Of a DNA stretch of 64,000 nucleotides, positions 53,632-63,774 are shown one piece after another. The translations under genes were made by a program, and so were the position numbers. The DNA is from Tubiluchus corallicola (Eukaryota > Animalia > Priapulida). Below the pieces are notes generated by a model. The model was given only the letters and a program-made list of their open reading frames with translations. It made no database searches and was not told where the DNA came from. The first letter of the stretch is position 1, and the number at the start of each line of letters is the position of its first letter. The stretch is taken from NCBI GenBank assembly GCA_030141605.1, contig JAQGDQ010000263.1, forward strand, positions 62,001 through 126,000. Reading direction: 5' to 3'.

Positions 53632-54435
53632 TTATCTGCACAAACAGATTTTCTTGAAAGCTTTTCTAAACTTGCTATTCATTGCGCATAGATAATTGGA
53701 TTGGCAAAACTGTTGCAATATCCAAACCAAAGGCAGAAGAGATAATTCGGAGCACCATTTGCTGAATCTGGTTCTGCAATTATGAAATTAGGCCCCCAGC
53801 AAACGAAGAATACAACAGTGGTCACAAGTAACATCTTTGTTGCTTTCATTTCTGACACGTTTACATTAGTCTGTGGATTTTCTTGATGAATTCTCAACAC
53901 TTGCCTCCATGCAGCCTTCCATATTATTGTGTATAGTACTGATAGTATGATTAGAGGCAAATAAAAGAACAGAATTTTGTCCATTAGAACTACTGATTGA
54001 AATCCTTTCATGCCTAGTGCCATGATTAAATAGGCTGCAGCAATTGCAAGAACCCAAGTAGCACAAATGAAAGTAGCTATCATCCTCCCGGTGATGTAGA
54101 TGTTGTACTTATAGGGATGTAAAATAGCCAGATATCTTTCCACAGCTATAATGCATAGATGCATTATGCTCACATTTGTCAAAAGCGTCGTGGTGAAGAC
54201 AATGACATGTCTTAAAATTTCATTAGCCAGACGCAAACGAATTGGTGACACAGGCATTATTACTCATTATTTTCGTTCGCAGCTGCTCGTACTTGTAAAC
54301 TGCGACAAGAATTAACATGTTGCCAGCAATCACAACAAAAGCAGTGACCACGTAGAAGTATAAAATAATTTGCCAAATATGCAAGTTTTTCACCTCTGCT
54401 TGTCCGGTCACATTTGCTGTAAAATTATCCATCAT
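53632..54435 (-). pseudogene. Intronless class A (rhodopsin-like) GPCR, amine/adenosine/odorant-receptor-like, with two frameshifting lesions; nested antisense in NIT-GC intron 1
   Basis: TM1 GNMLILVAV..LRT, TM3 IAVERYLAILHP, TM5 FYLP, TM6 FFVCWGP and TM7 NSFANPIIY are present. Most of TM2 (LAxAD) is missing at a frameshift near 54265, and helix 8 MNSKFRKAFKKICLCR* is out of frame after NPIIYA (~53683). Confidence 0.85.
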
Positions 54436-55951
54436 ACACGCGTAAGTTAAGAGCCATGTTCAATTCGATAATGCGCTAGTCCATCATCCTAGTTGCATCA
54501 AACAGTTCTCTTATAAAGTGCCACACAATGTATTTTTTACTGTACAAATACCAAATTTTACATGTTTTTGATGAACGTTTAAGAGAGATCAAGTTTGCAT
54601 GTCTATGCATTGGATCTGTTTTAGCCTAATAAAGAAAAGCTCTGATGTGCAACTCAGCTAAAGGTGTTAACTCTGCACCACTCTCATTTTTGTTGTTGTT
54701 GCTCTTTCATCACACAATAAGCAGGTTTGCATCTGCTTAGCACTTGTCTGATATCTTGTGGACATGACATTGAACATAAAAGGCTTTTGTCAGGTAAAAT
54801 TTAGACAGCTGACAAGACAGTGAGAACTTTCACACTTTTGCAACAAGCAAGTCTAAATATGGAATACAAAGAGCTTTGCATCAGGATTAAACAAAAGACA
54901 TTGTTGATCGTGAAATGTTTGCGTAAGAGACGCATTATCTAAAGGCGTTAGCTCAATAAAATTGATTTTGTGGCATGGGCAACAAGTGTAGTGTACTTAG
55001 TTGACAAAGTTAAGCTACTGTGAGTTGCTATTATATAGAGGGGTGACTATTACAAAAGCTGCTTCAGAGCACGTCATCAGCCATGTAATATCATTCAGCC
55101 AAGTAACAGCAACAATCAGTATGGCTAATGAAACCCCACCCCGGGGCGTGCGAAGGCAGTGAACACGTAAAAGTACTGTATACTATGTTTGTTACTATAA
55201 ATTTGCTGTTCCTTGGAGGTTTATAAAATAAAAACTGGGTCTTACAAGTTTATTTGCTATAAATAGATAAATACTATAGTAAGGAATGTTTTTATTAATA
55301 GATAAATCATTAATCAGCAATAACTGTTCTGTTCTGTGTTCAGTGTTGCTGCTTGCTGAGGCCACTGGCTGTCTACTGTACTGCGGCCCGTTAATTACCG
55401 CTTCCTATTGTGACGTCACAGCACTGGGTGTCATGGCACTGAGTAAAATTTTTAAGTGTTTAAAAAAGGAGTAAATAGTACTAACATGTAAATATTGATA
55501 ACATTATTTATTATTTATTCATGATACGCTAACTGTATCTATACTAAAATTATATAAATTTGTTATGTGTGTTTTTTGCCTCTATTGCTATAAGGTAATA
55601 GCTCTTTTTTGTGCTTTTGTATTTTGTTGTTGTTTTGTTGGATGTACGTAACTGTAATATAATGTATATGCCATTAATAATAACTTCATCAAATATCAGG
55701 TCCTGGCCAATGTGATCCTGGGCCTATAACTTGGCCCACTAGGCCCACACTAGTTTCTTTGGTTCACAAAGGTAAGCAGATTTAACTGTAGGCGTGCAGG
55801 ACCCGAATTTCGACTATTTGTAATGCTTTACGTTTGAATAACTTTTTTACAATTACACAACGATGTGAAAGGCTGAGTCTATAATGGAACGTCTTTTCAA
55901 AATGCGTATTTAAACAGATGAAATTTAACTTTACGCTCTGTAATCAATAGT

Positions 55952-56494
55952 TTAAGGAAAACCGGATGATTGTGTAGAATAAAGAATGCTCTAAAATATT
56001 GAAAACTACAATAGCTTATTTTAAATCAAAGCTAAGATTAAATAATAATTACCTCGGATGCCCAAATTGTGTTAAGCTTTCGAAGCTACGCGCGACTCAG
56101 TGAACCTACTAAGATTGACAGCGGCGCCTTTTTGTCACATTCGCGTGGCCGACAAATAGAAGGCGGTACCGTGATAAGCATGATCGTGACCTGCAGTGTT
56201 AGTTTCTGACGTCATATGTCTAGAGCCCATTTTTCGTGACATCATGCGTTTAAACAGTAGTGTAACACTTATGCAAATGTGCTTGACGCGAAAGGGAAGA
56301 CGCCTATCATTGCACAAACTGTGGCTAGTTTCTGACGTAAGCAATAGCTGTGTTCGGTTGCCGTTAATTAACTTTCTAAGCTAATTATTCAAATATCAGG
56401 AATAATTTTTAACTTTTATAGGCAAGAGAATGTATATTTTGGACAGTAAATTAAAATGAGATTGAGTCTAAACAATCGTCCGGTCTTCCTTTAA
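55952..56494 (+). mobile_element. TTAA-flanked MITE family B, copy 3
   Basis: TTAAGGAAAACCGGATGATTGT...ACAATCGTCCGGTCTTCCT|TTAA; ends 41 nt before NIT-GC exon 2. Confidence 0.88.
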
Positions 56495-56535
56495 TGAGAA
56501 CGCTGTAAAAACGACTTCCTTAAAATTTTATCTAG

Positions 56536-56724
56536 CGAAACCATGGCATTTTGGCAGAAAGTTGAGAAATTTAGAAATGAAACGGATTCAATACTCAACT
56601 CAATGGTAACTTGGTTGGGATCACAGTCCGAAGAGCTACAGTTTAGCCACCCGGAAGGATTTATTGAGAATCTGAAAGAATTCCGCTCTAATCTAAATAG
56701 ATCAATTAGTGACATTCTACACTG
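56536..56724 (+). CDS. NIT-GC coding exon 2 (NIT domain)
   Basis: ttttatctag|C GAA ACC ATG...CAC TG|gtaggt; (S)ETMAFWQKVEKFRNETDSILNSMVTW...FIENLKEFRSNLNRSISDILH(W); phase 2-2 fits both neighbours. Confidence 0.85.
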
Positions 56725-57910
56725 GTAGGTAATGTTGCAGAAGAGTAAAATTATTAGGTTGGTTGTATAGTGGTAGTTTGAGTAATGGCAAAGCTAAAGG
56801 CTTTGATTAGGAAATAACACTTTTATTAAGTAACATCACAATATAATAAGATGAATAGCAATGCCAAAAGCCCCCTCATCTATGAGACGTCCTCTTCATG
56901 AGTCCCTAGTCTAAAAGCCCTGCGGCGGTTGGCTTCACAGCATCCCTGCCAGCTGCGTGCGCAGTCTGACAAAATGGGCAATTCCTTATTTGAGAGTCTG
57001 AGAAATGGGCAGTCACGTGACACCGCACCTTAATTTCCTTATTTGGGTTTGGCTTCATGAATACTCTTCTTAGCATAATTATCTGACATTTAACATATTT
57101 TAACAGGTTCTCTTTACTAGAAGGATATTTTGTTGTAGGATAGCAAAGTGTAAAAATCAATTGTAAATTCGATTGAAACTTCCTATTTGTGCATTATATC
57201 ACACATTCATCAAGTTCTTCCGTAATGTTATCAAGTGTGTCACATATTTGAGCAATTCAGCGCATTCTGTAATATTGTTTTGTGAAGTCGTCGCCATTTC
57301 ACAGCATGAATTTCAGAAGGATGCATGCTTCAGCGGAGACCGGGCAAGCTTTTCGGAGCCAATGAGTAGTTGTAGGTTTCGACAAATGGGTAACCCAAGA
57401 TTCCTCAATCGTGTTGTTGATTTTGTTATATATTACTAATAAACGAAATGTCGATACTTCAAACAATTTTGCAACACTCGAGAAAGTGCAACTGTTACAC
57501 CACAATCCTGGTGACGCAGAGCACGCGTGGATACGTGTGCTAGCTTAGTAAACACTGAACACCAGAATTTTTCTAGAACTAATAACTCCCGCTGATGTGC
57601 CTTCACGTTTCTTTGTGTGTTTGAATTTTAAAGTCCACTATCATCTTAAAATAACATACGAGCCAATTGGTGTTTTAAACAGCAAAAACCTCATTCAAAT
57701 AGCAAAAAGAACAATTCATTTGACCAAATCACCAAATTAATAAACGCTAACTAACTGATATTTCAATTACTAAATTTCTGTAGGCAAATGCAGGCATTGC
57801 AAATCCAGTTTATCCACTATACTAGATTTAATGGATTGATGTCTTTGTGCCAAAACAGTTGCATTCAAAATGTATGTTTAAGCCTATTCCTGATTTATTT
57901 TTAATGACAG

Positions 57911-58026
57911 GTATACTAGTACCAGCAATAAACTACTAGAATTGATAAAGACAGGAACAGGTTGGAAGAAGACATGGGATACCTTTGCTGCTTTCAGCTT
58001 TTTACTTTTGAGTACAGATAACACTG
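57911..58026 (+). CDS. NIT-GC coding exon 3 (NIT domain)
   Basis: tttttaatgacag|G TAT...ACT G|gtacat; (W)YTSTSNKLLELIKTGTGWKKTWDTFAAFSFLLLSTDNT(G); phase 2 to 1. Confidence 0.85.
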
Positions 58027-58184
58027 GTACATGTTCATCACTAATGATTTTTGATGTTTTTTGTCGACACGATTCTGAGATTGGCTTCATAACGATAAAG
58101 CTATTGGTCTTTTTATTGAAACGCCTGCAACAATGTATAATAAGATATCCTAGTAAGCACCAAGAATTGCGCCAAAAAGATTTG

Positions 58185-58346
58185 ATGATGGTGGTGATGG
58201 TTGTGGTGGTGGCGGTGGTGTTGGTGGTGGTGGTGGTGGTGGTAATGGTGGCGCTGGTGGTGGTAATTGTGGCGATGGTGGTGGTGGTGATGGTGGTGTT
58301 GGTGGTGGTGGTGTTGGTGACGGCGGCGGCGGCAGTGGTGGTGGTC
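58185..58346. repeat. (GGT)n degenerate repeat in NIT-GC intron 3
   Basis: Directly visible. Confidence 0.93.
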
Positions 58347-58410
58347 TGATACTATTGTTGCTATTGATGCAGTTGCAAATACAATTTAATTTTTTATACG
58401 TACTTCGCAG

Positions 58411-58485
58411 GTCTCATTCGTGCGTATGGTGGAATATTTTTCATAAAAGGCAATTTTACTCAAGAAGAACGAATAAACTTTACAG
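58411..58485 (+). CDS. NIT-GC coding exon 4 (second NIT Arg motif)
   Basis: cttcgcag|GT CTC...ACA G|gtgtgt; (G)LIRAYGGIFFIKGNFTQEERINFT; phase 1-1. Confidence 0.85.
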
Positions 58486-58697
58486 GTGTGTAGCCAACAA
58501 CATTTATGACAACAAAAGCACAAAGAGTAGACAATAGTATAGATGAATTACATAACTTACTAAATAGACGCATTGTAAATTTTAAGTAACACTGTACAAA
58601 CCTCTTTATGTAAAAAACGAAACGTAGAGTGAAAAAACATTATGACCTATTTTAGGGATCATTGTAATTATGACATGATTTGTATACTTTATTACAG

Positions 58698-59305
58698 AAA
58701 TAACAGCTAGAGAGAAAATTCTGCGCAACCTAGCGTTTGAGTATTCATCAAAAATGCAAGAACAATACGAGCAAATGAACGAACGTCACACTGAGTTGTT
58801 CTCTCAACTGGACATACTAAGAAAACGGATTCACAGGAACGCAGAGGCCAGTCCCCATCCCGAGTTGGGGGAAGAATGGTTTGCCAAGATGACTTACTAC
58901 ATTGATGACATTCTCGTTAAAATAAAAGAGTCTACCGCTGAAGACATTAATATTTTAGTTGAAAGGGAAATTGATCGCGCCAATACAAACTTCATTATAT
59001 ATGATTGCATATTAGTGTTCATATTAGTTATCTCGCCTCTCAGTAGTGGTGTGTATGTACTATCACTGAAGCAGATGATGACAAAAGTGCAACTTTATAC
59101 TAGAAACTTGTCAAACACAACTATAGAGCTAGAATGCGAGCGAATTGCAATGGAACGTTTACTGTATCAGATGTTACCACCCACGGTTGCTGAAACCTTG
59201 AAAGCGAACAAACCAGTAGAAGCAAAGCAGTATGCTTCAGTCACTATCCTATTCATGGATATAGTAGGATTTACATCGTTCTGTTCCAATTGTTCACCAC
59301 TCCTG
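58698..59305 (+). CDS. NIT-GC coding exon 5 (end of NIT, TM2, coiled coil, start of cyclase)
   Basis: tttattacag|AA ATA...CTC CTG|gtagtg; contains WFAKMTYYIDDIL (NIT), FIIYDCILVFILVISPLSSGVYVL (TM2), ERLLYQMLPPTVAETLK (signalling helix) and VTILFMDIVGFT (first metal Asp). Confidence 0.95.
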
Positions 59306-59380
59306 GTAGTGCACGTTCATTTTTTCAGTTTTTTTTTCACCGCAAACAATTCAAGCACTAGTATTAAAAGGTAGCGACGA

Positions 59381-59671
59381 CAGTAGTATGCATTGTGCCG
59401 GACTGCATGATTTAGGTACCCCGGGGAAATTTTTTTACTTATATTTTATTTTTCCCCTTCAAATAATGAGACTTTTCCAAACCCTAATCTGAGGGCTCTG
59501 GCCCTAACCCTAGCTGTTAACCCTAGCTCTAACCTTAACCCCCTCCAAATAATTAGGATTAGGGTTTGGAATGGTCTCATTATTTGAAGGGGGAAATAAA
59601 AAAATTCCCTGGGGGGTCAGTCACCAACCCCGGTCCCTAAATCATGCAGTCCGGCACAATGCACTCTACTG
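59381..59671. mobile_element. Hairpin (foldback) MITE with nested inverted repeats and a CCCTAA-like core
   Basis: TGCATTGTGCCGGACTGCATGATTTAGG and CCTAAATCATGCAGTCCGGCACAATGCA are perfect inverses; inner arms CCCCTTCAAATAATGAGAC / GTCTCATTATTTGAAGGGG. Confidence 0.85.
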
Positions 59672-59679
59672 ATGACTGT

Positions 59680-60470
59680 TTGGCAAGGACCTTGATTCTG
59701 GATAGACAGACTGTTGTCCTTGTGTTTCTCCATATCGAACAACCTCACCTTCGCTAACGATGTCACTCTGTTTACTCAATCGATGGGTACAATCCCACGT
59801 GCTTTCAATGGAAGATGCCCTTGTCACTCGCCATCAGCTGAGCCAAGTCTGTGTCAGATTTTACACCACCCAGATCCCACATCCCAGTTGTAGAACTGAC
59901 TTCGTCTACCTTGACTCGAAGGCTAGATTCGAACACATGTCCAAAACCGAAATTCAGAGATCATCAATCTAGTGAGGAGTGCCCTTTGGTCGATTGCTTT
60001 GGCCACCTGGTGAAACCGTGAGGGTCTGACCCAGCAATAAGATCTGCCTGACAAAGGAACTCCGTCTATTGGAATCCTGTATTGAAATCTTAGTTCTACT
60101 TTGCGGCAGCAAAATGTGGACTCTTTCCAGGAATGTCTTCAAGCGTTTGGACTCCTTCTGTTGAAGCCGTGTGCATTCCACTTCTTACTTGCGTCACCAA
60201 TGAAGATATGTGTCACTAGGAACACAACCATGACCATCATCACCTGGCAATGTCATCTGCATCTCTCTGGCCATCTGGCGTGTTTGAGAAGTCTGTCCGT
60301 GCCAGAAAGTCTTCTCCGCTGCCTTCCATTGATGAACTAATCCCATCCCCGGGTTGCCATAGGCCTTTCTCTTGGTTCGGCAGATGGCGTCTTGCCCTCT
60401 CATGGACCTTGCCAGTCTCGCCCTCTCATGGACCTTGCCAATGACGAAGCTCCCATCCGTTGCCTGAGCG
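59680..60470 (+). mobile_element. Degraded RTE-clade LINE reverse transcriptase fragment in NIT-GC intron 5
   Basis: LTFANDVTLF (FADD motif), DFVYLDSK (FxYLGS) and VLLCGSKMWTL (LLYGSETWTL) occur in order across frameshifts. Confidence 0.75.
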
Positions 60471-60890
60471 CCACAGTCACTTAGGTGACTATAAGCACAA
60501 AGAATTAGTAAAGTCTTGAATACCTAGCCAGATAAATCATCAGTCCAGCTTGTATGCAATACGTACATGAAAAAGCAGCAGATTAGAATAACATTGTTTT
60601 TGATGTTTCACCACTATATTATAGCCACTAGGGGGTATTCCATCCAATCCCTCAACACTCCTTGCAGAATCTTCAAACAAAACAGTGTTTATGGAAAAAG
60701 TGAACTGTCCAAGGCTTATCAGTGTCTCGATTGCAAATGGACTCGGGTTGTGTAAGCTTTTACATACTGCAGATACAGTCATAATTGCGCGACTGCATTT
60801 TTTTTGAACTTTTCCGTCAAAAAACTCATTGGTGAACAATGCCTTTTTTAAAAAATGTTTGCAATAAACTAAAGATATGGTTCGTTTTAG

Positions 60891-60972
60891 GTTGTTGACG
60901 TATTAAATGTGCTGTATACTAAGCTAGATCGGATAGTAGACAAGTATGATGCTTACAAAGTTGAAACTATAG
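60891..60972 (+). CDS. NIT-GC coding exon 6 (cyclase)
   Basis: ttcgttttag|GTT...ATA G|gtaagt; VVDVLNVLYTKLDRIVDKYDAYKVETI(G); phase 0 to 1; too short for the ORF track. Confidence 0.95.
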
Positions 60973-61608
60973 GTAAGTTAACTAAGTTATAACAAACTGT
61001 GTTAGACTTAGTTTATGTAAGTAAACAATGATACTAATTTACTATGATAAATGCATATTACTTACCCAAAGTTCTACTGGCAACATATTACTACATTCTA
61101 CTGTACAATATTAAACGTGACTACAGTAATTCAATTTTGCGCAAACTCGCGGATATATGGGTCAATTTTTCTTTTTCGTGACTAACTATGATGAACTCTT
61201 AAAGTCTTGGGTCTTCTTTACAGGTTTTTCACTAGTTTACAGGTTGAATTATTTCGTAAATTATTGAAAGGTGAACTAAATTGCTCTAATTTGTATAAGT
61301 TCATTAGCAGCAATATTTTTTGCTAATCTCTCTTGACTGACACCAGCCTAGTCCTACAGGTTGAAACTTCCTAAGCCCATGACACTATTAGTATAAATAA
61401 ACCTGACACAACTATACACCAATACCAGTCAATGTGTCAAATGCGTGTTGACAATATACACAGTCATGTGTTTATGAAAAATACTTTGACAGTCAATATG
61501 CTTTATGGTCTACGGTATTTTTGGTGTCAGGTTTTACAATCATGGAACTCAGACTGTACAGCTCTACGTACGTGCAGAGTCTGTATTTTTAATTAATTAA
61601 ATTTACAG

Positions 61609-61767
61609 GCGATGCGTACATGGTCGTAAGTGGCGCACCCAATCGAAACGGCAAAAGACATGCTAAAGTGATTGCTTGTCTAGCGCTTGAATTACGCGAA
61701 CGTACGGAAGACACTGTCACAACGTGTGATGGAAAGAGGCTCTTACTAAGGTTTGGAATCAATACAG
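61609..61767 (+). CDS. NIT-GC coding exon 7 (cyclase)
   Basis: atttacag|GC GAT...ACA G|gtaaat; (G)DAYMVVSGAPNRNGKRHAKVIACLALEL...LLLRFGINT(G). Confidence 0.95.
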
Positions 61768-61854
61768 GTAAATCCGTAGTTTTATCCTATAAAGACATGA
61801 ATAGTTTTAATTACACTGTACCGCATTCTGCATTTCTGGAGCACTGTCCGTTTA

Positions 61855-62378
61855 CAGCTTCGGTTCCCAACCTGGGGTAGGCCTACTAGTATCCCTTGGG
61901 GGTACCAACGAACAGCACAAGGGGTACCCCGAGAAGCCTTTTAGGCAATTTTAAAAAAGTAGTGATATAATAATATGCAGGTGATTCAGACATCTTTGTT
62001 GTCTGTGTCAACAATTCGTGCTGTTTGGTCGAGGTATTGACCCCTGTCCACTGCAAAGCTTTCAGTGAACCCTTTCCTGTGTGAAGCAGGCTTTTCAACG
62101 ATGGTGACAATCAAGACAAAAGCCTGAAACCGCCTAGGCATCCTCGAAGACATGAGAGTCAATCTGTCGCATATTGAACCGCAATTCAAAAAGATAGTTT
62201 CTGCTGTGCAACAGAAGCCATCTCATTCAACTCTCATTTAGTGAACTTCATTTGAGCAATACGTATATAATAAAAATATTTATGACATTACCTCAGTCGT
62301 GGTTCTTCATTTTGGTTATTGCGTGCGAAAGGGTACCAGGAGATTAGGGGCACGTGGAAATCCAAAAGGTTGGGAACT
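61855..62378. mobile_element. Degenerate hAT-like MITE in NIT-GC intron 7
   Basis: GGTTCCCAACCT near the left end and AGGTTGGGAAC near the right end; GGGGTACC subterminal motifs. Confidence 0.65.
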
Positions 62379-63675
62379 AAAGGTTCATAGTAGTGATGTA
62401 AAAATTATCAAAGGAAATTAGAAAAGAAAACGATCTCACTTTATTTTGCTTCATAAATTTATAATGGTGCGTTATTACAGTTTACCCCATAGAAGTCAAG
62501 CGATTCATGTATTGCAAAACAACGCAAAGCATACAGAACTGATATTAGCATGTAAGCGGAGTCGGGAAATGATCGCATTCCTCCTACAGAAGAAACTGAA
62601 ACTGAATAGTTAAAAACCGACGAGGCCATGACAAAGAACATTTAATTTTGAGTAAAAAATGCTTACCACCTTAATATCTAGTAGTACCGCCATTTTGAGT
62701 TCAGAGGACCATGAATGGACAAGTGGCCTGATTAATGATGGTTTTACAATGGGTGTCATAACACATTTCTTGAAGGGACTTTTTTCGTTTTCGATTTCTG
62801 GCAATAAGAAGCGGAAAAAAGTTAAAAATAAATTAAATAGGAGATAGTATTGTAGCGTGGGCATTGTACATAGAGTCCATAGATATGCTCTTGTAAGCAG
62901 GAAAAAGATTTCTGTTCTTGCCAGAGGAGAGAGAGAGACGGTGTTTGGTGTCCGTCTGCTTGTTTTTGTCTGATGTTCTGGAAATTAATACAATTAGTGT
63001 TTATGACTAATTAGAGTTTGTTGGTGTTTGCTATTCAGCGTGGTTGTTGAATGGTCTGTCTAGAGAGCTTTGGTCCTGACAAATAGCAAGGTTGAAACAA
63101 CGTAGAGTTGTATCTTATATTATAATACGGAATTGAGTAACGACTACAGTTATAGACAGTCTGACGGCATGGCCGCGGGTAACAGTATAATGATTAAAGT
63201 AATTAAAAAATGTGTTTACACCTACTTGTGATAACTTTGGTATAGTGGAGCAATAAGCCTTTTCACAGTTTCGTTGTGCGCACGCGCAATTGCTGTAGGT
63301 CAAAGGTTAAGTGTACTACAGTAACGCGTCGTCTTAACTACAACCGTCATGTGACATGTGGATTAAGTAAAGTCATCTGCAGAATCAGTTTGGAAACTTC
63401 AGTTGTTTTACGTGGACTTTACTTAATTATGCATTAGTCTGTGCACAGAGTGATTTACTATCAGGATTTGGCCTGGAAACGAGAAAAAATGAACTAAGTA
63501 AGATTCTAGCTACCCGTTAAAACTGCTACTATTACAATAGTATGGGCTGGGAAGCGTTTTCAAGTGTACACAAATGCGTTGTCTGCTACACTTAACTTTT
63601 GACCTTTTCACCATCATCACCAATTGCTGGAACTGTGAAAAGGTTTATTATAGATATCATTTTTTCACTGTTTAG

Positions 63676-63774
63676 GCCCAGTTGTAGATGGTGTTGTAGG
63701 AATAAAGATGCCACGTTATTGTCTTTTTGGCGAAACTATTACTATAGCCAATCAAATGCAATCAACTGGTAAAG
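63676..63774 (+). CDS. NIT-GC coding exon 8 (cyclase; gene continues beyond the window)
   Basis: ttcactgtttag|GC CCA...AAA G|gtaaaa; (G)[32 protein letters not shown]; phase 1-1. Confidence 0.95.

Noticed and set aside
57942-58349. 135-aa ORF with a poly-Val tail
   Set aside because: Only 57911-58026 is exon; the rest is read-through into an intronic (GGT)n repeat.
51919-59100. Bacterial contamination or recent horizontal transfer of a NIT chemoreceptor
   Set aside because: The NIT domain is split by four spliceosomal introns and fused to an animal-type GC domain.
58754-63774. Natriuretic peptide receptor or soluble GC subunit
   Set aside because: No kinase-homology, ANF-binding or H-NOX domain; a NIT domain between two TM helices precedes the cyclase.
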